Below are positions 63,790-64,000 of a DNA stretch of 64,000 nt, piece by piece. The notes beneath the pieces were generated by a model. It made no database searches, was not told the origin of the DNA, and saw only the letters and a program-made list of their open reading frames with translations. Each line of letters starts with the position of its first letter. The stretch's first letter is position 1. The stretch is from Chrysemys picta bellii (taxonomy: Eukaryota), in NCBI RefSeq assembly GCF_011386835.1, contig NC_088791.1:245706001-245770000 (forward strand), in the 5' to 3' direction. The position numbers were made by a program, and so were the translations under genes.

Positions 63790-64000
63790 AAAGGGTTCTT
63801 ACCATAGTGACTGTGGTTCTGCAAGATGAAGACTGCCCATATGGAGCCACGCTCTTAGAGTACGAGCATCTCTGCATATCTGGCCCACCATCTCAGAATC
63901 TTCTAGAAAGTGCTGCCCGTTAAGAGTCACTTCCCCCAACCCTTTGCGTCGTGCTGGGTTCCAGGAACGTCAGAGCAGGAGTGGCCCAGCCACCTCCTGG
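63790..64000 (-). mobile_element. Terminus of another DIRS-like element running off the window
   Basis: ggttcttaccatagtgactgtggttctgcaagatg parallels the DIRS terminal motif at 4597-4640 and 36836-36870. Confidence 0.55.

Noticed and set aside
33040-64000. Search for ATP11A exon 1 (MDCSL...RY) or a CpG-island promoter
   Set aside because: Not found; every CpG-rich patch maps to a TSD-flanked MITE. Exon 5 (GYEDWLRH) was also not found in 1-4245.

Overview
Vertebrate genomic DNA, very probably from a cryptodiran turtle (inferred from the repeat set: tortoise-type tRNA/CR1 SINE, CR1, DIRS, hAT and Harbinger MITEs, Penelope palindromes). The only host coding sequence found is exons 2, 3 and 4 of the P4-ATPase lipid flippase ATP11A on the minus strand (33039-32917, 17748-17659, 4326-4246; 123/90/81 bp; canonical AG/GT; all phase 0). 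Exon 1 and exon 5 were not found, so the rest is intronic and 33040-64000 is intron 1. The introns hold many transposable elements, often nested with readable target-site duplications (TSDs). These include a DIRS element interrupted by a CR1 that is itself interrupted by a SINE, and a CR1 interrupted by a Vingi-like LINE and a TA-MITE. There are also five LTR-like solo elements, several hAT, Harbinger and Tc1/mariner MITEs, and a near full-length AmnSINE1. The most interesting signal is three palindromic Penelope-type mini-elements in intron 1. One (57007-57046, ATP11A sense strand) has all parts of a minimal type-I hammerhead ribozyme but lies inside an 82-bp near-perfect hairpin that should stop it folding, which suggests a built-in antisense lock. 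There is no CRISPR array, prokaryotic system or recognisable viral gene. All calls were made by eye without database searches, so repeat family names and boundaries lacking a TSD are approximate.
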